64,000 nt of DNA, taken from assembly GCF_963676685.1 (NCBI RefSeq), contig NC_092351.1, forward strand, positions 31,620,001 to 31,684,000, given 5' to 3'. The notes below the pieces were generated by a model. It was not told the origin of the DNA. It saw nothing but the letters and a program-made list of their open reading frames with translations, and searched no databases. The stretch comes from Mytilus edulis. Its lineage: Eukaryota. Both the position numbers and the translations under genes were made by a program. Shown here in pieces: positions 1 through 14,700 of this stretch (positions are counted from its first letter, which is position 1; the number at the start of each line of letters is the position of its first letter).

Positions 1-1179
1 CTGTTAGGAAGTAAAAAATGCATTCAGCTACAACCTTGAAAACTCTGAGCAGTTAATCAAAGTTGGTGTCTTAGGGGAAACATGCTCAAACAAAACGAAT
101 CTTTTGTGTATCTGTAATCTGTTCTACGGTCGGGTTGTTGTCTCTGTGACACATTCCCCATTTCCATTCTCAATTTTATATGTGTAATTTTTATGATTGT
201 AATATTTCTCCAATTGCGACATAACCGAGAGAGACTCATAACCGGACTTACGACGAGAAACCCAGCATGAGCCACTAGTTATGCAGGATCTGCATACCTC
301 TCCGGCACACTTGAGAGTAACCAAAGTTTTTGAGGAATGCATGCTGCTCAAACTTAATTTTTCTTTCCGCTGTTTCTAAACTGATCGTTGGTACACATAT
401 TTTCTACAATTGTACACTTTTTATGTAATGAATTGAGAAAATTGTTTGTAAAGCTACATATTTTTGTTTTCGTCTGAAATATATTGTGTTGCATGTATAT
501 AGGTATCTGCTAGATTGTTTACATACAAAGCTGCACATGGCTTTTTTGTGTAATTCACTAATTGATTTATGTTAGGTGTCATGAAGTGTTTTTTGTTTGG
601 CTCATTTTGTTAGTTCTATTTTTGTAATGTTTAGGTATTACTCTATGCATGATACTTCCTGAATGTTTGGCACAATCCTCAGTCGCAACCAACACGTACC
701 TCAGCATCATGAAATTAAACATCTATAACAAAAATATTAAAACAAATAGATTCTCAAGAACTATCATTTAGGAAAATAGGTAAACTTTTAAAAAGTTATC
801 TACTGACAACTGCACTTATGGTGCTGTATCAATTACATAAAAATGCGTATTTGTCAAGTGTATGGTTCACACTGCCATTATGTTATTAACATAAGGTATG
901 CTGAAGTTTCAATCGTATACTTTTAATAAAATAAAAAAATAAATGGATATCAAATAATGATTACTAGTATGTTGCAATAGATTAAACTTGCATAACTGAA
1001 TGTGCATAATATGATGAGTCGAATGTACAGTATCCCTCAATTCAAACTTGTATCTCCATTTTCGTATGATTGTCTGCTGTGATTAGGTCAATGATTTTAA
1101 GACATATTTTGATCTCGGATCAATTACACCATAATCATTTTATCTTACTTTTTCCATTTATGTTGTTCGTTACCAACAG

Positions 1180-4100
1180 GAATCTGACATCGTAGTAGAT
1201 CCACCATATGGTTCATCTAGCTGTATACCATGCCGCCCGTGCAAACCAGGGTATTATAGTGATGTACATGCATACAAATGTAAACTATGTACCAACTGTA
1301 CAGAGTTAAACAAGTCTCAGCGCATGTATTGTACTTCAAAAGAGGACACAGTCTGTGGAGAACTGCAGTAAGTTAGTAGAAGTATAAATCATATATGTAT
1401 ATTACGACAAACACTACAAACGGTTCTGGATCATATGTGTTTACTCATAATTGTATTTGAGGATATAGTTACTCAATCCTAATTTTTCTGTGTATTGTAG
1501 TATATTTTGTTTCTTTTAAATGCTGTTTTTTTTTCAATGCCCCAATTGATTTATTTTTACTTCAGCAAATTCAAAGCAGATTTGATGGCTCTACAAACGT
1601 TCTCGAAGTTATGCGTTTCATAAAGTGATGAGGTTACTAAAAGACAATGTGCTTGATTGACCAGTTATTTAAAGAGAATTAACATACTTATAATAATTTA
1701 TGTACTAAAAATTGTTTAATTGTCACTTATTTGTAATATCTATTTTAAGGTTTATAGCTAAAAGGGACAAATCTAGGAGTACTGGTAAGTCTTACGTATT
1801 TCGAGGAGATTGGCATCTGACAAATAAATCGTTCGGCAAAAAAAAAATGTTTCCATTGCGAATAAAACTGAGATTAAGATATCAGAAAATCATCTTTTAA
1901 CACCAATCAGAAAAAAAGATTTAAGACAAGTTTCGATTGTATATTTCAACTATAAAAAATGTAATGGCTAATTATATCGAAACAGTAAAATATTTATAGC
2001 AAAAAAACTTGGAGTAAACATAACGAAATTTCAGCTTTATGAAGTAAACATTTTATGTTTTTGATGAAAAATTACTTATTTGTTTAACTTGATTTACGCA
2101 GGCATCTTTAAATATACAAATATTCATATGTAGTCTTGAACGTAATTATGTTTTTCAATAATTTCATTATAAATATGATTTTCAGATAAAAGTGACGGAG
2201 ATACGCATTCTGATGGATTACAATCAGGTATAGCTACAATACTGTAAAACATTGTTCTTTTGTTTGGATTGCATATTTTCTATCTCTAAATATTAGAGAT
2301 TATGGTAACTTGTAATACTTACATGCAAGTAGGAGCTTTTACAAGTACTATAACTGCAAATCATCAATAGAATTTTTATCACTAGTATATAGAAATCAGA
2401 AGATGTGATATGAGTTCCAAGGAGACAAATCTCCATCTAAGTAATAATGTTTAAAAAAAAAAAAGAGTAAACAATGATAGGTCATATGGTCTTTTTGTAT
2501 GGGGATATTTTTATTATTTGTCGATTGAATCTATTTATGAATCTTGGAATAACTTTTAGGCTAGCCAACTTCCAATTTATTATTTTACGGCTGTCATATA
2601 ATCGTTTAAAACTAATGTATTGCAAACATCCATATTATGATTTGAAGTGTTTTATATGCCTTAGCTGTTTATGCGACTGTCATATTGTTGTAAGGTTTAT
2701 CTAGCAATAACACAAGGTTTTATTCACCATTTTCTACATATCAAATGAATATATAACGTAGGAATTTGATGCGACTGTCATAAAAGTAACAAACAAAATA
2801 AAAAAGGAACTGCCAGAAAACAAAAATCACGACAACATACCAGAATGAACGGTATTTGATAAATATTTAAATAGGAGTAGACATATAAGTATATAAAACC
2901 TACATTTAAGTGCAACATTATTGTTAACTGTTAACATTATCTTTACGAATATCAAGACAGAAAATTACAAATGTTTTCAAAAATATTATAAATTATCCTT
3001 TTTTTTTTTTGAAAGAAATTGGATGTGATATATGACAGTTTCAATTTATTATACTCCGGCTTTAAAAAAGGGGGGGTATACTGTTTTACCTCTGTCCGTC
3101 AGTCCGTCCGTCAGTCAGTCCGTCCCATGAAACTTTCGTCACATTTTTCTCAGGAACTACACATCCACCCTTTCTGTAATTTGGTATCAACATTTATATA
3201 TGTTAGCCATACCGTGTGATGCGTTTTCAGATTCATCACTTGACAACTTCCTGTTTACCGAACACTTGTATGATTTTACACATGATAGCCAAGTTGAAAA
3301 TTTTCGTCACATTTTTCTCAGCAACTACAATACAAGGATTTCTGAAATTTGGTTTCAGGATTTATATAAGTCAGCTATACCGTGTGATGCTTTTCAGATT
3401 CATCACTCGACAACTTCCTGTTTACCGAACACTTGTATGATTTTACACATGATAGCCAAGTTGAAAATTTTCGTCACATTTTTCTCAGGAACTACAATAC
3501 AAGGATTTCTAAAATTTGGTTTCAGGATTTATATAAGTCAGCTATACCGTGTGATGCGTTTTCAGATTCATCACTCGACAACTTCCTGTTTACCGTACAC
3601 TTGTATGATTTTACACATGATAGCCAAGTTGAAAATTTTCGTCACATTTTTCTCAGGAACTACACATCCACCCTTTCTGTAATTTGGTATCAACATTTAT
3701 ATATGTTAGCCATACCGTGTGATGCGTTTTCAGATTCATCACTTGACAACTTCCTGTTTACCGAACACTTGTATGATTTTACACATGATAGCCAAGTTGA
3801 AAATTTTCGTCACATTTTTCTCAGCAACTACAATACAAGGATTTCTGAAATTTGGTTTCAGGATTTATACAAGTCAGCTATACCGTGTGATGCTTTTCAG
3901 ATTCATCACTCGACAACTTCCTGTTTACCGAACACTTGTATGATTTTACACATGATAGCCAAGTTGAAAATTTTCGTCACATTTTTCTCAGGAACTACAA
4001 TACAAGGATTTCTGAAATTTGGTTTCAGGATTTATATAAGTCAGCTATACCGTGTGATGCGTTTTCAGATTCATTACTTGACAACTTCCTGTTTACCGAA

Positions 4101-6581
4101 CACTTGCATATTTTTACACTATTAATATTATCCACTTGCGGCGGGGGTATCATCAGTGAGCAGTAGCTCGCAGTTTCACTTGTTTTATTTTATTTCCGTT
4201 TTTCTAGATGCAATTGCAGGAATTGTGTTGGCATTGGTAATAATTATTATAATTATTACTGTTGGTGTAATTAGATATAGATGGAAATTGAAAAAAGGTG
4301 AGTACTTAAAAACAATTGACAAAGTTGTTCAAATGAGAATGTCAAAGTTTCAACGAAAAGAGTCTTATTGTTTTGCTCGGCTTATGCGAGTATGCGATAT
4401 TTGATGTTTCACAAGAAGCAATATTTGTAACAAAAAACTTTAATGGAACCGACATAACATTAAACGCTTATGTAATTGAATAGATTCGAATGGAAGAAAG
4501 GAAGGAGAAGATTAAACAATACTCATGTATTAAAAAAACAAGAAGAATTGAGATGGCTTAATTGTCATCGAATATTAATTATATTATATAATAAACGCTT
4601 TGATATGCACAAGCAAAACAGGAATCAAGACACAAAACAAAACAGGAATCAAGACACAAAACAAAACAAAAGAAATAAAAGATACAGTTAGGCGTCCAAG
4701 AACAGACCAGAACGAAACAGATTGCCGTATCAATATCGAATGGCAAGCCTCTGCACTTGTCCCGTTTCTAGGGAAAAAAAATTCGTATGTAGAAATTTTA
4801 ACCCTTTGAAAGATTATAAATACACGAGCATGTACAAAACAAATGGATGCAAGAAGTTCATTAATGCAACTTTCAGGGCTCTCAGATGATCAAAAGTTGA
4901 AGTGTTTTTCTTTTCTTTTCTTCTAGCTCAGCGTAGACATGCTGTACAGGCAGAAGCTGGACAATATGGCTCTTACGACAATATGATTTGCAACTATAGT
5001 CCTCACCGAGAGAGAGGAAAACAATGTACTTATGAGAAACTTGATGAACGAAATAATCACCGTGACTCAGAAGGTGAAGAAGATGATGAAACAAAAGCAT
5101 TAATTCCACCATGTGGGCGCTTTCCGTTCAGACGAAAACGGACGAGACTTTTTACATATCCTTTCAGTGAATTAAAAGCTGATGATTCAGAATCGAATGA
5201 AAATATATGTGATATTGAACAAGACTCAAGTTTAAGTCTTTCAAAGCGGTATTCGTATCCTGATGTGAGTTTTACCAAAGTATCAATACAAAACAATATT
5301 CTAGATTCTGGTATAACAGATTTTACATCACGACAAGAACCACACAAGATTCTTCTGTCTTTCAATGTTCCAGATAAAAATAGAGTGATAGAAAAAGTGC
5401 AAACATGGGATTGTAAATATAATTGGTCAGATAAGAGCAATCACAGGCGTACTATTTCAGCATACAACTTTCTAGCAACACATGCAAGTGGTCAAGAGAG
5501 TGCTCTCAGGAAAGTTCGGGGATGGGAAAACAAAGGTAGTAATGTTATAATGTATACAGTAGCTTTATGTTTTGAGTCAACATTGATGAAATAAGACATT
5601 CGACATAATTTTAAATTTAATGGGACCACATAAAGGCAACAGTAGTATAACCGCTGTTCTAAAGTCATAAATCGATTCAGAGAAAAATAATTCCGTGTTA
5701 CAAACTAAAACCGAGGGAAACACATAAACTTTAACAGGAAAACAACAAAACATGAGAAAAACTGAAGTGCAACAAAAACAAAAACGACAATGCAACATAC
5801 AAAAAAAATAAAACAATACGATAACAACTGCCGTTTTCCTGACTTAGTACCGGACATTTAAAGAAAACATGAGGTGTTGATAAGCTGCATGCATTCACGC
5901 GAATTACGTACAGAAGACAAAATTGGCGTTATAATTTAAATGATAGGACCCCTGTTTTTACGATCGTATTCTTAGATAAAATTTAATCAACATCTAAATG
6001 TTACTGACCAAAGTCATCCGTGATGAAAGTAACACGCATTTATTTTAACTGATTTACATGTTAGGTACATGCTTGTCAAGTGTAAATAACCATGAAATAG
6101 AACAAAATCCTCCTAATAACTCTGAAATAGATAGAATAAATAATATTAAAATATCAACAGGAATAATGATAGAGATTGGTTAAATTTTAAGAACATGTTT
6201 CTCTTTTAAAACACAAAAACGTAGTTTGATCCTCTGCAAAATCATAACACTTGTGTTTACGCCAAAAAAAACTTTTATTTTACAGAAGAGCTGTCACCAA
6301 CGTTTATGAGTAAAGTAGCAAGATACCTTGGACCACGATACAAATTCCGTAGTTTGTCAAGGGAATTAGGATTGTCTGACACTGATCTTATGAATATTCA
6401 ACAGAACTGCAAGGATGATGTTGTAGAGCAAGGATACCAAGTTTTACTGAAATTAAAACAAAAAGAACTGATACAGACAGAAACTGACGTTATCAATAAA
6501 ATTCAGGATTTAGGTCTTAATGAAATAGTTGCCAAAATTAATAATCATGCAAACATTACGGTTAAAAGACTGTGTGCTTAG
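1180..6581 (+). CDS. TNF receptor superfamily member with death domain (death receptor; EDAR/p75NTR-like architecture), 5' exon(s) unresolved
   Basis: Phase-consistent GT-AG exons: 1180-1367 (TNFR Cys-rich: CIPCRPCKPGYYSDVHAYKCKLCTNCTELNKSQRMYCTSKEDTVCG), 1750-1784, 2186-2227 (stalk), 4208-4297 (TM: AIAGIVLALVIIIIIITVGVIRYRWK), 4927-5535 (long cytoplasmic region), 6286-6581 (death domain: MSKVARYLGPRYKFRSLSRELGLSDTDLMNIQQNCKDDVVEQGYQVLLKLK, TAG). A possible signal-peptide exon starts at 635 (ITLCMILPECLAQ) but has no clear donor. Confidence 0.8.
3045..4184 (+). mobile_element. Helentron/DINE-1-like non-autonomous element (HINE) with internal ~168-bp tandem repeats
   Basis: T-rich start, subterminal inverted repeat (tatactcc...ggggtata), GTCC/GTCA microsatellite at ~3095-3125, six ~168-bp units, 3' hairpin gtgagcagtagctcgc, ending cttgtt. 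Confidence 0.8.
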
Positions 6582-8117
6582 TTATTGAGCAAATCAATAT
6601 TTTATAATATTTGTTTACAAATCGTCTTTATTTTTGTTGAAGTTTTTGTTCATGTATATGTTTTTGTTGTTTTTGTCGTTTCTTTGTTTTTTTTATGTAA
6701 AAATCAAAGATGATTTTTTGAATAGATAGTTGCTCAAATTATATACCTTTTTATTATAATTGAAATTTACTTAATCGGATCATTTCCAAGAATTGGTTCA
6801 CAAATGTTTGGAATTCTTTGTAAAAAAAGTATTCAAAAAGTTTGGTTAATATTTCTCAGCTTTCTCTTGAATCATTTGTAATGTTGATGTACATGTTTTT
6901 AAGGTTTTATGGGCATTTCTTGTTTCACTCTCATTAAGTTCATATTAAAAGAAGTTTTTGAACAATGTGTTTTTCATATTCTCTAATGAATAATCAACAA
7001 ATGTCATATGAATGAACATGATATTAATGGGATTGACATGTGATCCATGGTAACCGCATAACCTATTGAAATAATTTATGAAGATGTATTTTGCTGTCAA
7101 CGATAGGAAGGCAGACAACTATATAGCTAGACCGAAATCTTAAAAGTTTACACTATTCATTAATTAATTTTAGTCTTATCTTCGGGTCTGTACTTGCACA
7201 GTACTACTAAAAAAGAAAAAAATCAACAGACAAACAATAGCACACCAAACACAACATAGAAACTAAAGATTGAACAACACCAGCCCTACCATAAACTAGG
7301 CTGATCTCGGACGCCTCGGAAGGCAATCATTTAGCCCTTCAAATCACTTTTGTTTTTTTGTAGATATGGTGGGCACCTTTCTTTTGACCAAATACCGCTC
7401 AAGTCCTTATTATTCTAATATGCCTATGGAATATTAAACTTAAAGTTAATTTACCGTTGTTCTTTATACACTTTTCTTACTGAGTCTAGATTTACATTAC
7501 GGCAGAGGTAAGAAAAGCAAAATAACCTTGTCTTGTTGAGGCATCCGACCTCACTCTATGTCAAATGCACGCAATTCTGGCATCAGCTTGTTGTGGGAGA
7601 AGGTGTTAATAAGGGAAACACAAGGAGTACTACGAGGGTCAATATCTGAACAGTCATTTTGTCTCTAGTAGTAAGTTGTCTTATTGGCAATCATACAAGG
7701 TGTCTTTATTTTATTTTTAGATTGTTCAGTATGATTCATAAAATTTCGTCTTATTGACTTATCATCATATAAAAGTACAGCGACCAATAATAACGATTAC
7801 CAAATCGATTTTTCTTGCGGTACTAATTATTCTATACGTGAAAAACAAAGAGTAACTATGCTCGTTTATAATCGTAGAGACAAAAGATACCAAATGGATA
7901 TTCGAATTTATAAGCAGAACTTATATATAATTAATTCGCACATACCAGCACATTTGTTGATCTCACATCGAACATGAACATACAACAGGACGGTGATACT
8001 CCCATGCATATAAAGGAAGAAAAATACACATGTAAATTTTTTTGTTTTGTAAGTATCATAATATATAAAAGGGGGGGAACCAAACTTCAAAAAGGAGGAT
8101 ATCCATCAAACTGACAA

Positions 8118-8494
8118 AGGAGTAGGTTCAATTTTAGACGGTTTTCGTGTAAAACGAAAGTGGCCGCATTCGTGTTCATCCTTAATATTGAAATGTAAGT
8201 TGTATTTTATGATAATATATAACATATATAAAGGTTGAGGATGAACACGGATGCGGCCACTTTCATTTTTACCAAAAACCATCTGAAAAGTGACATTTTT
8301 CGTCATATTAGGTAGATTTTTCATATTTGAGCTTAAATCGGATCGTTTTTAATGACTAAAGCTGTTAAAATCTTTCACATAAACTAATTAATTCAAATAA
8401 AATAGACACTTAAGTGTTTAAAAAGTGGTCAAAATCTTTTGTCAGATGAACCTGAAATTTGAGGCCAAAATCGGTCCTTACCGGACCTACTCCA
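8118..8494. mobile_element. Non-autonomous DNA transposon (Kolobok-like MITE) upstream of FREP1
   Basis: Terminal inverted repeats (TIRs) AGGAGTAGGT / ACCTACTCCA. TTAA follows the right end; the left flank is degenerate. Confidence 0.5.
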
Positions 8495-8682
8495 TTAAAC
8501 ATATTAATCAGCAGAAACAGTGAAAACGACTGATCAGTTATTTATGACTTGTTCTGGCGTATATCAAAGAAAAACAAGAAATATCAAGATTCTTGGAAAT
8601 TGTTTCGTGTTAAAACTATCTGGTAACCATCTGTTGCCTTCTTGTATAACACTAGCATATCTGTTTACATGCATCCTGAAAG

Positions 8683-8689
8683 TATAAAA
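8683..8689 (+). promoter_or_regulatory. Putative TATA box of FREP1
   Basis: TATAAAA 37 nt upstream of the ATG at 8726. The paralog has AATAAAA at a similar offset (~25495). Confidence 0.45.
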
Positions 8690-8725
8690 TGGTATCGCAT
8701 GTATAGTTCTCCATTTGGGGCTAAA

Positions 8726-11700
8726 ATGGCTTCCTGTCTATCTATTTTTGTTGTTCTAACCACCCTGAATGTGTTGGTTGCATCGGATACTAAGTTAAAC
8801 AGAAAAAGAGTTGTATCTACATCAGATTCTGGTAAGCATTAAATTCTTGATAGGATGATAATCTAAGATAACACTTCGTTTTAAAAAAAAAACATTCTCA
8901 CCTACTGAGAGAAGAGAAAGTACAGGGAAACTCTAGTGACAAAATTGTCTTAATTTTAACAAAATTTTAGAAATGAACAAAACGATAGTATGAGGTCAAA
9001 ACTATTTGTGAATAGTGGGTCAATATAATAATAAAAGCTATGTTCAAATTACATTTCTCGATTGTTGAAAGTTGTATATAAAGAAATAAGGTTTTGCAAA
9101 ACTAATATAATATCAAATATCAATATACTGTTTAGAAAGTATTAATGATTTAGTTGATACAACTTTGTATTTATGTATTTTCATAAAATGTTCCAAATTT
9201 AGTCCTGAACGTTTGTTATATTCCAGAACAACATGTTTTCCATTCATTCCGTTGGTCGATTTAGTCGGGCGTTTTGTTATATCAGGTTTAAGAGGTTTTT
9301 TCCGACTTTTCAAAATGACCTTTCAGATCGTTCTTTGTTGTTGTTGATACTGTTTGATTATTTAGTCAATGCTTTTGTACACATTTATCATATCAGTTAT
9401 ATGTTAAGATATATGATTTAATCATTGTTTTCTTTATATATTATAGGTGTTTGTTTCTATGGAGCTACCGCAGAACGAGTTCTTAATATCTTGGCATATA
9501 GAGATGAACATTTATTTTTGCGTCCAGGTTTGACCACAATGATTTTTATAAAACTTACATTTTGACAAAACATGAAGATATTAAACTTAATGAACCAGTT
9601 TAAAGGCTACGCCGTGATCCCTTGGAGTATTGATACTACACAGGTCACTAGCACATTGTGATAAGAATTTGTTACCAATGGAATTCATACTAGTGAACTA
9701 CTAAAGTGATTGGGCCATCAAAATAATCAAGTTACTTTCATTGATCTATACAGACACAAAAGTACTGACAGTAACAATTTGTAGACCTTTCCTGCATTTA
9801 TTTTCGATCGTTAGAATAAATTTCCTCATCTGTTGTTTAAGTGATAGTATCGTTTCGATTTTTTTATGCCCCACCTACGATAGTAGAGGGGCATTATGTT
9901 TTCTGGTCTGTGCGTCCGTTCGTTCGTTTGTTCGTCCGTCCGTTCGTTCGTTCGTCCGTCTGTCCCGCTTCAGGTTAAAGTTTTTGGTCGAGGTAGTTTT
10001 TGATGAAGTTGAAGTCCAATCGACTTCAAACTTGGTACACATGTTCCCTATGATATGATCTTTCTAATTTTAATGCCAAATTAGAGATTTTACCCCAATT
10101 TCACGGTCCACTGAACATAGAAAATGATAGTGCGAGTGGGGCATTCGTGTACTGAGGACACATTCTTGTTAGTAATCTTTAAGGGACTTTACTCTTTTCT
10201 AACTTAAACTCAATGTTCAGCGTTATTGTTCGGGTCACATCTACTTTTCGCTACAAAAAAGAGAAGCGCAGCTTTATATCACAACTTTTTAGGAGCTTGC
10301 TACTATAAACTGTGTGTTAAACTAATAACCCAATGTCAAATCTTAGCGTCTCCACATCTTCGCTTTCAACCATTTATAATCCTATAATTGTGTAGGATGG
10401 AAGATACCGTCTGTTTTCACATTGTGTTGTCTTTGTAATTTAAAGGATCATGATAAAAGAATTAATTTGTGTAAATAGCTCGGACTGTAATAAGTATATC
10501 AGGGCGATTATATTCCTTAAAAACTTTTTGTTGACGGTAAATCTTAGTTAGTCTTTGAAATATTGGACATTTTATGTAGAGAAATATATGTGGTAGACGT
10601 TCCCTTCTCTTCATGATGTTTGGTTGATGTTATCCTCATATCTTTTTTCTGAAAGTATAAGTGTATTTGCCTTGTGAGAAGGCCGCAGGTTGGCATATAT
10701 ATACTTTATTTGCCTTTACTTGCTTTAGACGTCAAACACCAACCATTCATGTTTCATTATGCATAAAAATTATTACTTATTTTTATAAACAGTACGTAAG
10801 CCGAAAGACTGCTCAGATTTGGACCCTAAACATGACTCTAGTGGAGTGTATAGAATCTATCCCTATGCCGGAAGGGGATTCAAAGTTTATTGTGATATGA
10901 AGACCGACGGTGGGCGATGGACAGTAAGTTATATAAATATTGCTTAAATCTCTACTCAATTTACAAAAATCAATTTTATACGGGTAAAATTATGAACTGT
11001 TAGGTGCTGGGTTTTTTTTTTTTGTGTTTCGATTAGATTAGAGAAAGAAACGCCAAAATACACTATGGAGGAATGCGCCCATCTCTAGGATTAAAAACAA
11101 AAATTCAAGTTCAGAGATTCAAATAGTAAATATTTATGTCACCACCACAGCTCAGCTTAAGGTCTTCTCTTAACATTCAAATGTTCCAAAATCGTATTGG
11201 TTACCTTAAGTAAACCACTGAAAAAACACATAAAATGTCGCTTCATTTCGGCTTTTAGTAAGCTTGAGTGTTCTACAACTATATCTTTCAGTGTTTTAAC
11301 TAGTTCCTAATAATTTCTATCAAGGAAATTAGCATTAACTTTTTTTACTTTTTAACTTTTCTCATCACTTGGCGTCTGGCGTCCGTCATCTTTACAAAAT
11401 TCTTCTCCACTTTATCCACTTGATCAGAAAGATTTAAACTAAGCTACAAATTTAAATAGGGTATCTTGATTGAAAAATGGTGTATAACTTCTTAAGTGTC
11501 GATGTGGCATGCAGTATGTTGGCGAGATAGAACAACAGTTCAACAAACGCAAGAATGGTAATCGAAGTGACTACACCTGTAAGCCCGAAATCCCGTAAGT
11601 TGTCATTTGATATCACCTGGGCACGCTCAATCTGATCTAAAAAAAAATCTTACAATCACAATCATAGACAATAACGAGGGTTGGTCAAGGGAAAGGTTTT

Positions 11701-14700
11701 GGATAAGAAAGTTAAGGACAGTTTCCCCGGAGGGCATAAATGAAAAAAAAAACATAGAATGAGTCACTTATTTTCCCTTTCATCACTCATTTTCCAGCTA
11801 TCACTCATTTTTCCTGCCATCACTTCTTTCCAGTAACTCTGGCCTCCGAACTGGACTTACAGTTTTAAAGATTTTATTAAATAATACCAGTTTAAATCAC
11901 AGGGTTCTATTCATTTGGGATGATACGCAGCCACGTTCAATAATTTTACTTTAGTAAATACAATTTTAAATATTTTTCTAATCATTATTAAACTGCTATT
12001 TATTTGGGATGTTTACATACGCATTCTCTGTTGCTCAATTGCTCTACCGTTGTCAAATTGCGAATATCATAACAACTTAGACCGATCAGGGCTGTTTATT
12101 GGGACTATTTTTTCACGTAGTTGTTGTAACATCTTAACTATCGTCACCTTTGGAATTTTAGAGTTGTGCCAGTTCATTTAGCAAATTACTGTTTTTATTT
12201 TGGCATATATTTTCGTCGTGTTTGGAAATTTTGAAATTGTACCAGCGTCTCTGATGTTCGCTTAAACTGGTCTTTTTTTGTATAAACTTCAAGATTATGA
12301 TAGTGTTATAATTAAAAAAGATTGACGATTCATTTTACATCGTGATCATACAGATATCTGTTAACAATTGTTCATTTTATTGTTAATTTTGGTGATGTTG
12401 TACCTTTTTAGACTGGGTATATATTATATTGTAACTTACAACCTAATTATTAGGATCCATCGTATGATTTATCGTTGGCTCTTATTCAGTCTTTTATGTA
12501 TATATATATAAGTCTGAAAATTGCACCCAACAGTGTTAGAATTAGATTACTCTTGTAATCAATTTATTTTCAAATCGTCAATGGCAGTCACTTTCAGTTG
12601 TTTGACCTGTTAGTCAAATGCGTTTTGTTAATATAAACCCTTTCACTTTTTTTGGTCTTTTGGAAAATGTTGTTTGTGCTATATATATATATATATTTCT
12701 TCCCAGGACGTGATTCGAAATCATAGTACTGAGATATCGTGGGACCCAATCGCCTTGCACTATGCTCAGTCGCTAGACCAATCGACCACCAAGGCTCTAA
12801 ATTACTATATATGATATTCCATTATTGACGCAAAGTCACAATTTATTACATTAAAGTACCTCTTAAAAGATGCATAGTCATATAATTTTTTGTGTGTATA
12901 CTCGCGATGTATTTTATCTTTGAACTTATTTCACTTTTTATTATTTTTTAACCAAATTGACATTTCACTTTTTTGTACAAGGTTATTATTAGACGAATTG
13001 ATGGTTCTGCAAATTTCAATAAGAATTGGATTCGATATGAAAATGGTTTTGGAGACTTAAATCGGGAATTCTGGTTAGGTAAGTTCAGCAATAAAACATT
13101 CATATCCCTTTTTGGTTAGGTGTTAATGTTGTTTGAAAACAAACATTAGTTTTCACAACCACATTTTTAGCATTATTAATGAAAACTATGACTGTTTTTA
13201 CACAGAATAATACACTTCAGATAAATATATTTTGTTTGTAAGCTTTCTGTTTTTTCGTTAAATTTTGGAGGGGTCTTTCTATTTCAATCTTAGTATTCGT
13301 ATGAAGATCTTGATTGCATCTTTTTATAAATAAATCAGTCACAAATAATCAGGTGGCAAGCATTGACGCCCAAGAATCCCAAAAGGTTTTGACAAATGCA
13401 GATAAGCTTAGTACAATAAGTCTGAAGTAAACAGTCGAAAAAGCATGCACTCAATAGTATTTATCAGAACTTCGTGTGAAGTTTATTCTAGACGCCAACT
13501 TATCAACTATCGAAATGATCCCAAATACAGCCGATGGTCATATACACCCGATATAAACAAAAAACATTAAGTTAATCAAAAGTTAATTAACTTTTTTGCC
13601 AGTATAAGAATGAGTTTTTGTGGGTGGACTCAATCAATGAAATGGTTCACCTTTGTTTTACTTTCAATGTTAACATTCTTTTCCTTTTAATGACTGAACC
13701 CGACCTATGCATGTCAAGTGAATAATTCATCAACGATTTTTTTGTTCTTGCTTATTTTGACAAATTGCACCCAATTGGCTGCTTAAAATAAAGTTTTATT
13801 TCAATATTTCACTTTATCAATGATTGAACCAATCGAAATCATATTATAGTTTTTTTCATATATCGTAGCTAGTGCCCCTTTAAAAAGGTAAATGTTGATA
13901 AAATATCTATATGAAAATACTTCGGCTTATTTAAGTTATGCCGATTCTAACTTAGGGTTACTCACATGCATGCTTTTTCGAGGAGAATTTGCAGTATAGA
14001 TTTTTCAAGGAGAATTTGCAGGACGGCTTAACACTTAGTGATTAAATACTAATTGTTGACAGTTTCTTTTATATCAGTAATTGTATTGAAATGAACTGCA
14101 AATGTTATTAACATATTTAACTTTTGATAGGAAACAAATACCTTTATCAACTGACTTCAAATGGGAAAACTGAAATGAGGGTTCAGATGGAAAATTTTAA
14201 AGGTCAAAAGAGGTATGCCAAATACTCATCATTCAAGGTTGGAGATGCTGGATCTAAATATAAACTGACGATCGGTGGATTTTCAGGAAATGCTGGTAGG
14301 TAGATTTTGTTTAATAAATCCGCACAATAATAAGACTTATATACTACCTTACAATTCCGAGCTTCGTAGCAATAAAGAAATCTAAATTTTGAAACATTAC
14401 AGGTAATTTCCCAATGCTTGTAGAGTAAAACTTTTGTTGGCTTGTTTGCTTTGTTTGTATAAATGTTTATTCAAGATTTTTAATTAAGATTTACATCTTC
14501 AAACAATATAGATAACCATAGTTAAACCTGTTTATATTATATTTGAATTTGATTGGACGTTATCCCAATATAATTGTACAATATACAAACAAAGCTAGCA
14601 AGCTAACCTATGCTTTGCTCTAAATGCATAAGGAAAGTATGTGTAAGCTATGCAAGATCTATATTTATTATCAAAGTCACATGAACTTCATATATTCTGA

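Noticed and set aside
635-770. Possible signal-peptide exon of the death receptor
   Set aside because: The acceptor and peptide are plausible, but I found no convincing phase-0 donor to join exon 1180, so it is left out of the model.
1566-1625. Possible extra receptor exon after ttcag
   Set aside because: The required frame hits a stop with no good donor, and exon 1750-1784 already satisfies the phase.
3200-4166. Long repetitive ORFs (160 and 230 aa)
   Set aside because: These are translations of ~168-bp tandem units inside a non-coding HINE, open in several frames.
14370-14670. Degenerate inverted repeat in FREP1 intron 5
   Set aside because: Probably an old MITE; the ends are too decayed to define, and nothing supports a structured RNA.
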